Assembly (NCBI RefSeq): GCF_006345805.1
Contig: NC_043001.1
Coordinates: 16,864,001-16,928,000 of the forward strand
DNA length: 64,000 bases
Reading direction: 5' to 3'
From: Octopus sinensis
Lineage: Eukaryota
This document shows positions 42,387 through 53,759 of this stretch, one piece after another. Within the stretch, counting starts at the first letter, position 1, and each line of letters begins with the position of its first letter. A model generated the notes under the pieces. The model saw only the letters and a program-made list of their open reading frames with translations. It ran no database searches and was not told the DNA's origin. Made by a program: the position numbers and the translations under genes.

Positions 42387-43757
42387 AGGAACGTAATTTG
42401 AGTTTTAATGTAAAGTTATTAGTGCAATAAAGTAACTGCAATTATAAAATAATTATATTTGAATAAATATAAAGCAAATAAGTGACGCCCAATTTTAAAA
42501 TCGGGCGTTATTTCTGGAACACCCTGTGTGCATGTGTATACATACGTACATCACACATACATATATACATACAATACATAGTATACGATACATGTATGCA
42601 CACATACAAACTTATAAATACGTAACTACCAACATAATACCAATATATATAAATGGCTAAGTGGCAATCTGGCAAAGCTGAGGTTTTCAGAAAAGAAAAT
42701 CAATCAGGGAACCTGCACACTACAAACACAATTTATAAGCGGAACAGTTAAGATATGCAAGACTTTTCTCAAAATCACGATGTGAATATGTTTTTGAAAT
42801 CTACAGACCAACGATGAAACTTCGTATCTTTGTTATAAATCAGCTCCATTCTCACAGGAGTACATACATACATACATACATACATACATACATACATACG
42901 TAAAAAAAAACTTTCCAGTTTATCATTTAAGTGTAGAGGAACATGTCTAGAGATGCAAGTGTATGCATGAGAAGACATACATAAAGCAAAACATACAAAT
43001 CTACACTTATGCATACATACATGCATGCATACATAATAATCCTGTTGATGTTGAAATTCCAATGAAGAAACCTTAGATCTGAGTTAGAAGCCGGCTCTTT
43101 CTCTATTGGCAAGAAAATCTTCAAATAAAACTGAGTAATGACATACATACATACATACATACATAAGCTATTTAGATGACTACAGATACAGATCAATGGC
43201 ATTGTGAAAATAAGTAAAACTTTCCCAAACTTTAGCATATAAATACTTATGCAAACGTCTAGACGTGCAACTATATGTACGAGTATACATATATAAAACA
43301 AAACATACAGCTTTGCTCGTGTACTGACAGCAAATACTTGCACACATACACACACAACATTGATGATGTTGAAATTCCAATGATGGAACCATAGATGTGA
43401 GAAACTGACTCTCTCTCTGCATTGGCAAGAAATCTAGAAATAAAACTTAATAACATTACATAGATTCCAAAGAATACAAACAGCAAATTGTCGTTCCCTG
43501 TCGTTCCCCATTGAACAAAAAGTTTGTCAGAGATTATTAACAGATATTTTATTTATTTCTGCCAGGTATGATTTTGTGAAACTATATGATGGCAAATCAG
43601 ACAATGGCACCCCGATAGGAACATACTGTGGTAATGATGTAAGTATTAATATGGTTTTCATACTCTCTATTCAGCATTGGGTTCTCTCAATTTTTCCCTA
43701 AGCACACACCGTGCTACACGACATACACAGGCATACATATATCTCTGTCTGTCTCTG

Positions 43758-43804
<47 letters not shown>

Positions 43805-43814
43805 CTCTATATAT

Positions 43815-43865
<51 letters not shown>

Positions 43866-44177
43866 TAGAGAAAAACCACTAGTATGTAATTCAAACAATA
43901 ATAGACGTAAATCATACCATATAGAAAAAATAAGATATATGATAAAACATTTACCTAGATCACAGTAAAGTATTCTATATGGTATGATTTACGTCTACCA
44001 TTGCTTGAATTACATACTAGTGGTTTTCTTATTTATATATAATATATATTATCTATATAGATATATATATATATATATATATATATTTGTATTGTGAAAT
44101 TTGATTTAATGCTAAATGAATTTTCCCTGTAAGTTTGGAGTTATACTCCCTAATATATATATATACACATATATGTG

Positions 44178-44247
<70 letters not shown>

Positions 44248-44316
44248 ATAAATTATATCCATAATACATATATATATATAATATAAATTATATACATATA
44301 TACATATATATACATA

Positions 44317-44347
<31 letters not shown>

Positions 44348-45399
44348 CTATATATATATTATATATATATATATACATACATTTTTACATACACTACTTT
44401 CGTAATTTACAAAAATGTGTATATTCGGCCATGTTTGTTCCACTTCTAGTTTCTTGCGTTTACACACAAACAAACTCACACACACACACACACGCACGCA
44501 TGCACATACACACACGTGTAACAATGTGTATGCACACCCAAGTGTATGTGTGAGTGTAATGTACATATAATGTCTGTGTGTTCATTTTATACATGTATAC
44601 GTATAGCTGTGTATGGTCTGCTTTGCTTACCGCGTTCATTGAAAGTTTTGAGAGGGAGAAGATATCTAATGTGAATGGGAGATGATGACGACGACGACGA
44701 TGATGAAGATGATGCTGCAGAAAGATTACGGCTTATTGCTATCATCATCATTATCCCTGTATTCAGATTTTTTTGAAATCTGTTATTCTATGCTTGCGTC
44801 GTCTAACCGTGTTCTAGAAAATGCACTCCATGAGATATTGTCACGTGTTTACCCAAAGACGTGTCAGTGAACACATGATGTTCCCACATGTGTTCTGTTT
44901 GAAGACGACACATGTGCTACAAAACATATTTATCTCTATGACAATAAACTTCAAACAGGATTTAATTGATAATTTAGAGATGCATACGCACATACATACA
45001 TACATACATACATGCAAACATACGCACATACATACATACATACGCACATACATACATGCATATATACATACATACATATTTACATACATACATACATGCA
45101 TATATACAAACATACATACATGCATGCATGCATACATACATACATGCATACATACATACATACATACATACACACACACATACATACATACATGCATGCA
45201 TACATGCATACATACATACATACATACTTGCATACATACATGCATACATACATACATACATACGTACATACATACATACATACATACATACATGCATGCA
45301 GCATGCATGCATACATACATACATGCATACATACATACATACATACATGCATGCATGCATGCATACATACATACATACATACATACATACATACATACA

Positions 45400-45430
<31 letters not shown>

Positions 45431-45723
45431 GTGCGTGTGTGTGTCTGTGTACGTATGTATTCTTTACTAGGACATATACAGATAAATATATACACCTCCT
45501 TCCTGTTGTACTGATTTCGCCTATGGAATGTAGGCATATTATTTAAACACACCCAATATTCTACAATTACATACGCATGCATAAACATGTATATATGAGC
45601 ATTTGTAAAAAAAAATCGTGTATGCGTATAACAGACGCATGTGTATATATATGCTTACATTATACATGCATTTTTGCGTGAGTATGTATGTAAGTAGGTA
45701 TGCACGTATATGTATATATATAT

Positions 45724-45779
<56 letters not shown>

Positions 45780-45973
45780 GTATACATGTGTATGTATCTA
45801 TTTAAGCGTGCGTGCATGCATATGTAAAGTATGTATACATTCATATCTATGTTTATCAACAGTGTAACAGTATATAAAAATTTGTCCAAACTATTAGATT
45901 ATACTAATACATACATGTGTCCGTATACGTGTGTGCGTGCACATGTATGTATGTATGTATGTCTATATATGTC

Positions 45974-46009
<36 letters not shown>

Positions 46010-49000
46010 ATTTACATATATATATATTTATAATATATATATATTTATATATATATATTATATATATATATAAATATATATATATATAAATATATATTTA
46101 TATATAAATATATATTTATATATATAAATATATATTTATATATATAAAAATATATATTTATATATATAAATATATATTTATATATATAAAATATATATAT
46201 TTATATATATAATATATATATTTATATATATAAATATATATATTTATATATATAAATATATATTTATATATATAAATATATATATAGTATGTATATATAT
46301 ATGTGTGTGTGTGTGTGTGGGTGTGTATGTGTACATGCACATATTAAAGTGTGTGTGGTTAGTGTGTTTGTGTGTATTAATGTGTGTGGTGAGAAAATAA
46401 GTGGAGTGAAAGAACCATTTCTTTTCAAAAATCTCTGAAAGTATTTCCTGTTTTCTAGGCCGGAAATATATCTTGGAGTTATATCAAAATTTCTTGAATC
46501 GTTTAATTTTTAACTTTTTTCATTTTATCATGTACCTCTGTGTATGAAGAGGTGATGGTTTTGTTGGTTTTTGTAATTGTGTGTGTGTGAGTATCTGCCT
46601 TATCTTCAACATTCAAAGCCCCTAGTTGTTTCCATTTTGGTGTTTTTACTTTAGTTTACTTTTTTTTTGGGGGGGGGGGGTCCGGAAAGTCCGTGCCGAT
46701 TTTTAAAGGAAAGAAAAAGGTCAATAAATACTTGCCATTACATTTTTAATCAACAAAATATGAACCATTTTGTTGCACAATGCGTCTCCATCTTTCCTTT
46801 AACTTGAAAATACCCTCTTCCCAGAGTTGAGGTGGTTTCATGGCAAAGAATTCATCAATGTATCTTTTTACGTCATCCAAGGAATTGAAATTTTTACCAT
46901 TAAGACTGCAGAGACCTGAATAAGTGGAAATCCGAAGGAGCAATATCTGGTGAATATTGAGGGTGGGGTAACACATCCCAGCCGAGCTGCAGCAATTTTT
47001 GTCTGGTTCCCAAAGCATCAAGTTCCGAAAATGAACTTTCTTATCTTCCATTTTAAAGGGTTACAGAATTAACACAGGTTATAGGAACATAAACCTTCTT
47101 CCACGAAAAGATAGCTTAAACTGTTCTCTAAATGGAGGTGTAGTCAAATCCTATTTTATGGACTTAACCATGTTCTAAAATGAGTCGAAATGTAAGCTAA
47201 TATAAATCGGCACGAACTTTCCGGACAACTTAATACTTTAGTTCTTTGTTGTCCAATGAGACTGACAAAACAAGAAAGAAGAATAATCCGAATAATTTTA
47301 TTCTTATCGAGCGAGCTGTGAGCGTCTGAATTGGGATGATAGCTGATAGCTGATAGCGTCTGATAGCTGACGAAGTGGGATGACAGCGAAATGCATCTTA
47401 CGATTGAATTTTGTCACTAATATCCCTAACTAAAATGTGTTTTGAGACAAATCTAGGTGGAGATTTTCCTACAGGGAATATTCCTGCAGCGAAAGGCCTT
47501 ATCATGTCCGAATTCATTTGAACACGTTAACGATAACTGTACATAAATAGTAATATGCAGTTTTGTAGTTGGTATAGAAACCATTCGTTAGATTTCTGTA
47601 AATGCACCTCATGATATGTTTTATTAGAGTTAGTAAATAGTTTTCTGATATGTTAGGGATGTAATTAATGTTGGATGAGATAATAGTAAAAAGATGATGC
47701 TGAAAAGGAAAGAATTTTGAACGAAAGAATTTTGATGAGTTTTAACAACAATTAGTTTCTCCCCTTTCTGAAATTCACAGAGTAATTATTTAGCTCGAGT
47801 AGAATCTGATAAAAGAACTGCACTGGTTGAAGAGAAATAAGTGTGGTTTGATGCCGCGGGTGTTTGATATTCAGTTCCATGAATATAAAGCTCATGTGAG
47901 TTGCACGAGTAGTTGAGCATTAAAGACATTGGTTGAAGAGTATAAGAAATATGTCTGCGATGGCATAGACTTCTTATGTGAAAGGGCAAAGAGTGCTGTG
48001 TAAGAAAGATGCCATGTGTTGTAGGTGGAGTCCCCTTGGTAGAAAGGAACTGAATAAGACAAGAAAATATTATTGATGTCACATCTAAGGAAGTTGAAGC
48101 TGAGACAGGAAGTCTTGAATGATGGTCAAGATGGTATGTCGCACTTCAAACACTTACAAACGCTGTCATCAAAGAAAGCGGATGTTAAAATCAGAATGAG
48201 GATGAGAAAGCGAATGAAGGGGAATGAGGAAGGAAGGAAGAGGAAGCGGAAACGAAGTAAGATAGCTATATCCACGTGGTTCTAAAAGATAGAAGAACAA
48301 GTTGAGTGTGAGGCAATAACGATGACGACTAAGGAAATAGCATCATTTATGTATACGTGCATCAGTACACACATGCTTTGCCTCCTCCTCCTCCTCCTCC
48401 TCTTTCTCCATATATATGTATAAGTATATATATGTGTGTATATATCTATACGTACATACGTACGTATATCTGCCTTTCCCAAGTGAATATGACCTGGTAA
48501 CAGGACAATGTTATTACGTGCTTCCTTCGTCAGGAGCAGACATAGACACTTTCTCAGCATTCCTTCCCTTGACCAAACGGAACTTTTCAAATGCGATAGA
48601 TAGAGGGGGAAAAGTTCACACCAGCGTTAGGCTTGTAGTCGTTTTCAGTTGGGAAGGCTGCAGCATCATAAAGTGAAAACGTTTGGTAAATGGAAAAAAT
48701 TTTGTGTGTATATATATATATAATATTATTAGGGAGTATAACTCCAAACTTACAGGGAAAAATTCAATTTAGTATTAAATCAAATTTCACAGTATAAATA
48801 TATAAAATATAAAATATAAAATATGAATTAGAGATAATATATATATATATATCACTGTTTGAGTTGCATAATAGTGGTTTTATCTCTAATTCATATTATA
48901 TATATATGTGTATGTGTGTGTGTGTGTGTGTGTGAATTTATGTATTATGTATGTATGCATGTATGTATGTATGTATGTATGTATGTATGTATGCATGCAT

Positions 49001-49681
49001 GTATGTATGTATGTATGTATATATGTATGCATGCATGCATGCATGTATGTATGTATGTATGTTTGTATGTATGTTTATGTATGTATGTATATATGTATGC
49101 ATGCATGCATGCATGCATGTATGTATGTATGCATGCATGTATGTATGTATGTATGTTTGTATGTATGTTTATGTATGTATGTATGCATGCATGCATGCAT
49201 GCATGCATGTATGTATGTATGTATGTATGTATGTTTGTATGTATGTATGTATGTATGTATGTTTGTATGTATGTATGTGTATGTATGTATGTTTGTTTGT
49301 ATGTATGTATGTATGTATGTATGTATGTTTGTAGAAATATTATGTGTCTGGATGCTATACATACCATAAACCTCTGCAATTCCCATTACCCCGAACTAAA
49401 ATGTCTCACCTCTCCCACCACTTTGCCCCTCAGCCACCCCACTCTTCCTTCTCTTCGAATGATTTCCAAACATCCTGATGCCATTGACATTAATTGACAT
49501 TCCTGTTATATTTACTTATTTGCAGAAACCACCGCCCACAATGTCTTCCGATCGCATCTTGACAGTCCGGTTTTTCTCTGATGACACCGTAAACTGGAAG
49601 GGATTCTTGTTAACCTATAAACTCGCTGACAGTCACATTTCCGGCGGCGAACCCCAAGAGTTACCCGAAGCTGAAGAATAA
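28269..49681 (+). CDS. BMP1/tolloid: BMP1/tolloid-like astacin metalloprotease, 3' portion (spliced, 10 exons; CUB2-EGF1-CUB3-EGF2-CUB4-CUB5)
   Basis: Ten exons read manually, all with AG/GT boundaries and matching phases (1,0,1,1,0,1,1,1,2,0). Joined length is 1679 nt with no internal stop. The peptide follows the BMP1/TLL domain order and motifs (AICGG...SPN.PDDY, DEC...GC...C.NTLGSY.C, CUB YD/FCG/SD.SV.K.GF). Confidence 0.97.
29314..29540 (+). mobile_element. Chimeric SINE: family-B head fused to a T2-like tail
   Basis: aaggcggcgagctggcagaaacg...ctgagttc, then cacaactttcactc...cctgcgacggaccggcgtcccgtcc...gaaaccgggaaaccgg. Confidence 0.7.
30563..30758 (+). CDS. BMP1/tolloid: tolloid exon B: CUB2 C-half
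   Basis: ttgttatag|att gaa...act aga g|gtaaat. [65 protein letters not shown]; phase 0 to 1. Confidence 0.96.
31840..31962 (+). CDS. BMP1/tolloid: tolloid exon C: calcium-binding EGF1
   Basis: ctcttgcag|aa tat...gaa g|gtaaga. (E)[40 protein letters not shown]; 6 Cys; phase 1 to 1. Confidence 0.96.
32341..32428 (-). mobile_element. SINE family B tail fragment (intron C-D)
   Basis: tatttctttattgcatacaaggggataaacatagaggggacaaac...accccagtgc. Confidence 0.85.
32548..32708 (+). CDS. BMP1/tolloid: tolloid exon D: CUB3 N-half
   Basis: ttttcag|ac gct tgt...aac aac|gtaagt. (D)[53 protein letters not shown]; phase 1 to 0. Confidence 0.96.
33306..33715 (-). mobile_element. SINE family A (intron D-E)
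   Basis: Full-length reverse-complement copy. Confidence 0.9.
33965..34142 (+). CDS. BMP1/tolloid: tolloid exon E: CUB3 C-half
   Basis: ttttcag|caa gac tgt...ttt aca g|gtaaat. [59 protein letters not shown]; phase 0 to 1. Confidence 0.95.
34376..34782 (-). mobile_element. SINE family A (intron E-F)
   Basis: Full-length reverse-complement copy. Confidence 0.9.
35147..35272 (+). CDS. BMP1/tolloid: tolloid exon F: calcium-binding EGF2
   Basis: gcgtag|at aaa gac...aaa gaa g|gtgagt. (D)[41 protein letters not shown]; phase 1 to 1. Confidence 0.96.
35876..36190 (+). mobile_element. SINE family B tail fragment plus older full copy (intron F-G)
   Basis: Tail at 35876-35955; head and core at 35974-36190 with an alternative ccaaaatttgaaacc tail. 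Confidence 0.85.
36445..36786 (+). CDS. BMP1/tolloid: tolloid exon G: complete CUB4
   Basis: ttccacag|gt ggc tgc...agc aca g|gtgaca. (G)[65 protein letters not shown]...[16 protein letters not shown]; phase 1 to 1. Confidence 0.96.
37151..37483 (-). mobile_element. Non-autonomous Helitron-like element
   Basis: 3' CTAG at 37151-37154 next to a perfect 26-bp palindrome (37153-37178); the 5' end reads tc(t)cttctctata on the minus strand; no TSD. Confidence 0.6.
37803..37980 (+). CDS. BMP1/tolloid: tolloid exon H: CUB5 part 1
   Basis: ttattccag|tg tgt ggc...tgc tt|gtaagt. (V)[58 protein letters not shown](L); the YSHA.YGD.NY motif is typical of tolloid CUB5; phase 1 to 2. Confidence 0.96.
40684..41100. 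mobile_element. Non-autonomous DNA element with internal TTAGGG repeats
   Basis: Termini GGATCT...AGATCC; 8-bp TSD caact(g/a)tt at 40676-40683 and 41101-41108; TTAGGG-like units at 40759-40804. Confidence 0.7.
41437..41668 (-). mobile_element. SINE family B (intron H-I)
   Basis: Full monomer; flanking ttcaca(a/g)tataacctc repeated on both sides (TSD-like). Confidence 0.88.
41864..42257 (-). mobile_element. Non-autonomous Helitron
   Basis: Minus strand begins TCTTCTTTATATATAAAA and ends with the hairpin cccgggcaacgccggg + atactgCTAG|T. Confidence 0.8.
42945..43458 (+). repeat. Diverged ~200-bp direct duplication
   Basis: 42945-43143 vs 43257-43458 share gtctaga..tgcaa, aaaacataca, tgatgttgaaattccaatga, attggcaagaaa and aaataaaact. 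Confidence 0.75.
43566..43638 (+). CDS. BMP1/tolloid: tolloid exon I: CUB5 part 2 (73 bp)
   Basis: ttctgccag|g tat gat...aat gat|gtaagt. [24 protein letters not shown]; phase 2 to 0; too short for the ORF track. Confidence 0.93.
43872..44027. repeat. Inverted repeat, 55-bp arms, 46-nt loop
   Basis: 43872-43926 is the reverse complement of 43973-44027 except at 3 positions. Confidence 0.9.
44980..45429 (+). repeat. (CATA)/(CATG)n microsatellite
   Basis: Direct reading. Confidence 0.97.
46672..47235 (-). mobile_element. Internally deleted mariner (Tc1/mariner, D34D) element
   Basis: TIR cores gtccggaaagt(c/t)cgtgccgattt at both ends, right end followed by TA. Encodes N-terminal [15 protein letters not shown] joined to C-terminal [23 protein letters not shown] / [30 protein letters not shown] (frameshifted). 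Confidence 0.9.
47700..48290 (-). pseudogene. Possible decayed Penelope-like RT remnant
   Basis: Scattered frameshifted motifs LDVTS, PTTHG and HKKSMPSQ resembling PLE FLDV / KPT / H.KKSIPYSQ; heavily degenerate. Confidence 0.35.
48945..49332 (-). repeat. (TATG)/(CATG)n microsatellite, opposite orientation to 44980-45429
   Basis: Direct reading. Confidence 0.97.
49526..49681 (+). CDS. BMP1/tolloid: tolloid terminal exon J: CUB5 end, acidic tail, stop
   Basis: ttatttgcag|aaa cca...gaa taa. [51 protein letters not shown]; F.SDDT...KGF.L.Y matches the tolloid CUB5 end. Confidence 0.94.
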   Translation, partial: KPPPTMSSDRILTVRFFSDDTVNWKGFLLTYKLADSHISGGEPQELPEAEE

Positions 49682-51611
49682 ACTTACAAATGGCCGGAAG
49701 CCAAAAGAGCATTTGATTTGGTTATACTCATGAAAAAAAAAAAAAAAAAAAAAAACAAACACAGAAAGAGAAAAACAAAAAATCCCCCAGAAAACATTAA
49801 ATATTTCAATCTAAAGAAACTCTTGTTTTATATCTGCCAATCATTGGCTGCCCCCATAAAAAAAAATTGAGAAGAGACTGAAAAACATCTTTTTGTTCTT
49901 GCCTGGACAGTTTCATCTTTTTTCATGCATCCAGGCATGACGTCATTGGCAACTGCAGCTCTCATCATGTGCAACAATGCACACACTACACACCATTATG
50001 AACCCAAATGATATCTTTCAATGTATCTTACATGATGAAGAGTATGCATATATGCATATATGCATATATGCATATATGCATATACATAAATATATATATA
50101 TATACATAAATATATATATATATACACACATATATATATACATATATACATATATATATATATGTATATATATACATATATATATATATGTACATATACA
50201 CATACGTATATATGTGCATATATAGAGATATATACTTATACATATAAGTATATATATACATATATATATATATATGTATATATATAAATATATATATACA
50301 TATATATATATATGTATATATATAAATATATATATATGTATATATATAAATATATATATATATACACATATATGCTCATATGTATATACGTATATATATA
50401 TATACACATATATATATGCATATATTTCTACATAAATTATGCAATATATGTGTGTGTGAGTTTGTGTATATATATATTAAAACATGTATAAATATATATA
50501 ATCAGATATAGTATACACACACAAACACATGTATATAAATGTATGTATATGTACATATGTATATTTATATCAAAAGTGTCTACGTATAAATACATACATA
50601 TATATAAACTTACATACATACAAGCATATATATATATATATTTATATATATATGCATTTATAATCACAAACACAAGAGTCATACATATGTTATATAATTC
50701 TGTTGAAGGAATGTACAGATTTACAAATTATTGAATGAATGAATATTTGAGTTTTCGAGTAAATGCCATGTGTTTGTGTGTGTGTGTGTGCATGTGTGTG
50801 CATGTGTGTGTATGTATGTAGTTGTGGTTTGTGTGTGTGTGTAAGCATCTGTGGTAAAAAAAAAAAAATATATATATATTAGAATGAATGTGCCTGCTTG
50901 CATAAATGTGTGAGTTGATATAATATATACTAACTGTGCTAAATTCAAGTCTTTGTTGAATCTTTGAAAATGGTTAAAATATTTCTTCCTCTGATCTTCA
51001 CTTGCTTCAGTATAATTTCTATATAAATAAAACACAAATGAACAGAATTTTTTTTTTTATATATCATATTTTATACAATACAGTCTTCAATTATATTAAT
51101 TGTAATAGATTGTTCTTCGAGAGGGTTATTCTTATAAAAATCACACGCACTGGTTATAAATCACTTCTTCAGTGTTCAGTAATCATTAATTAACAGTAAC
51201 GATTTGATTAGTATGGTTTATGAAAATTCCTCGGCTCATAAAGGGACTTATGAGTATCCCCTTTTTGCAGAATGTAGAGGAGAAGATACTGAAAGGATCA
51301 CCATAATACATTGAAAAATTATAATAAAGATCAGTTGAGAGGTGAAAAACTTTGAAAAGCCACAGATGTGTGACGATAGACTTAGAAAACTTAATCAATA
51401 TATAATTACTTAACTAATTAGCTATGAAGAAGTGAACTGAAGCCAATGCTTATATTTTTGTTGGCAAAATGTATCTCCCAAAGTACAACAAAGCATTTTC
51501 ATCTAATAATTTCATATAATTTTGTGAGACTAATGCAAAAAAATGTTGTCATATCTCGGGAGGGTCATTATGCCAATAAACAAACACACTGATTCTATCT
51601 CACTTCTTTTA

Positions 51612-51982
51612 TTATTGGTTTCAAATTTTGGTACAATGCCAGCAATTTGGCGGTAGGAGAGAAGTCGATTACATCAACCCCAGTGTTCAACTGGTGCTTG
51701 TTTTATCCACCGCGAATGAATGACCCTAGCGGTATTTGAACTCAGAACGTAAAGTCGGAAGAAACATTTTCTCCGGCAACTCGCCGCTTTATCATTTCTA
51801 TTGTTATTAGTCAGAATCTGGCAGAATCGTTAACATGCCAAACAAGATGTATAACTGCTTTTCTTTTGGCTTGACGTTCAGAGTTCAAATTCCGCCTAGG
51901 TCGACTTTGTACTTATTTCATCGACCTTTCGGGGTCGATGAAATAAATACCAGCTGAGCATTGGGTTCGATGAAACCGACTA
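51612..51982. mobile_element. Two degenerate family-B SINEs, head-to-head
   Basis: Minus copy at ~51612-51790 and plus copy at ~51818-51982. Confidence 0.7.
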
Positions 51983-53019
51983 CTCTTTTATTCTTTTACT
52001 CGTTTCAGTCATTTGACTGCGGCCATGCTGGAGCACCACCTTTAGCTAAAATTTTATACATTGTGCCTATTATAAAAAGGATTAGTCAGTTGGTTAACTA
52101 TTTAACTAATTAACTAGTCGAATCTTTAATTCGTCGTTTGGTCAATCAATCAATCAATCGATCAGACAAACTGATCTGAAGCAGACAAGGAATAGAGAGG
52201 ATATATGATTGATGAGTTCATGATTGACGACTAAATGACTTTGACTAACCTAGTTGATTGCTTGACAGAACGATTAGTCAGACAGTTGTGTAGTTAATTG
52301 ATTAAATAACTAACCAGTTGATTAATAATAATAAACGAAGTGAAATGTAACCACTGCCTGTGTTTATTATTGGCATAACGGCCCTCTCAGAATACAATAA
52401 AAAAAGTTTCAAAACACGAGTTCGCATCAAAAATCTTGCAAACCAAATACAAGAAAGAAATATAAACAATTAGAATATATTCAACCAGATAGTCCCAAAC
52501 TGTGAATTTGTGGCTATCTTCTGTAGCATTTTTTCTCATGACAAAAGTGAAGTTTCTTCATTGAAAGGGCATGAAAATACCCTGGTATAGCGGCGTTAAA
52601 GTTTTTTTTTATCTTTTTTTCCTTTTTTTTTTAACAAATTGCAATATTGTACGAAAGTGTTACGAAAGTTAGAAGACAATAAATAATTTTAAATGTCTTG
52701 AAATGCCACACTTCTCGATTTTCTAACCACATCTGCCACTCTTTCTTTCTTTCTTTCTTTCTTTCCCTCTTTCTCTTTTTCCATTTATATTTCTCTTTTT
52801 TCCCTCTCCTCCTCCCACATCCCTCCCTCCCTATCTATCAGTCTATCTACCTACCTACCTACTTTTTATATATCTATCTGTCTATCTACCTACCTACCTT
52901 TCTATCTATCTATCTATCTATCTATCTATTTATCTATATTTCTATCTATCTACCATTTTATCTATCTACCTACCTACCTACTTTTTATCTATCTATCTGT
53001 CTATCTACCAACCTACCTT

Positions 53020-53052
<33 letters not shown>

Positions 53053-53443
53053 TTATCTATCTATCTACCATTTTATCTGTCTATCTACCTACCTACTTTT
53101 CTATCTTTTTGTTATTCTTGTCCAATACTACTATTCTACTAATACACACGTTAACATTAATGCATCATTGTGTTCGCTTGACTTGCAAGAAATAACAGCA
53201 AAATCTCCCTCAAAGCTACTGCTGTCTTTTAAAGAACGAGCAAAACATATCTGGGAAACACAATGATGCATACAAAAGATAATCGATGAGTTGGTCATGG
53301 CTGAAATGCTATTGATAGTATATCGGCTCGAGCAATTACTAATCTGGAATGAAATATTACTCACTCATTCTCTACATAGTCGCTCAACCTGATAGAAAAA
53401 ACAGCAAACTCTCCCTCAAATTGCCTAAGACTATTATCTTAAA

Positions 53444-53710
53444 CTAGCAGTATCGCCCGGCGTTGCTCGGATTTGTTTCGACCCTTTAGAATTGGAATTT
53501 TTGAAAAGTAAAAATTTTGCATTATGTAGCTTGTTATTCTCTTTAAGTGAACATTTTTCTGGTTGAAATACACAGAAAAATGGCGACACAGCAGTAAAAA
53601 AAATCGTAAAAGATAGGGATTTCATAGGAAAAAAGCTCCTTTTTGATGTAAATAATATTTAGTGTTAACATGGTCCGATTTGAATTTCTTTTCTTCTACA
53701 GAAGAACCGT
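53444..53710 (-). mobile_element. Non-autonomous Helitron, 3' part
   Basis: Reverse complement of ~57640-57892, including the hairpin and CTAG end. Confidence 0.8.
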
Positions 53711-53759
53711 TAAGCTTTTCGCCCGGCGTGCTAACGTTTCTCGCAGCTCGCCTCCTTAA

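Noticed and set aside
49733-49755. Poly(A) run after the stop, suggesting a retrocopy or the mRNA end
   Set aside because: The gene has introns and the A-run is genomic (an internal-priming risk). The AATAAA overlapping the stop codon cannot be validated from sequence alone.
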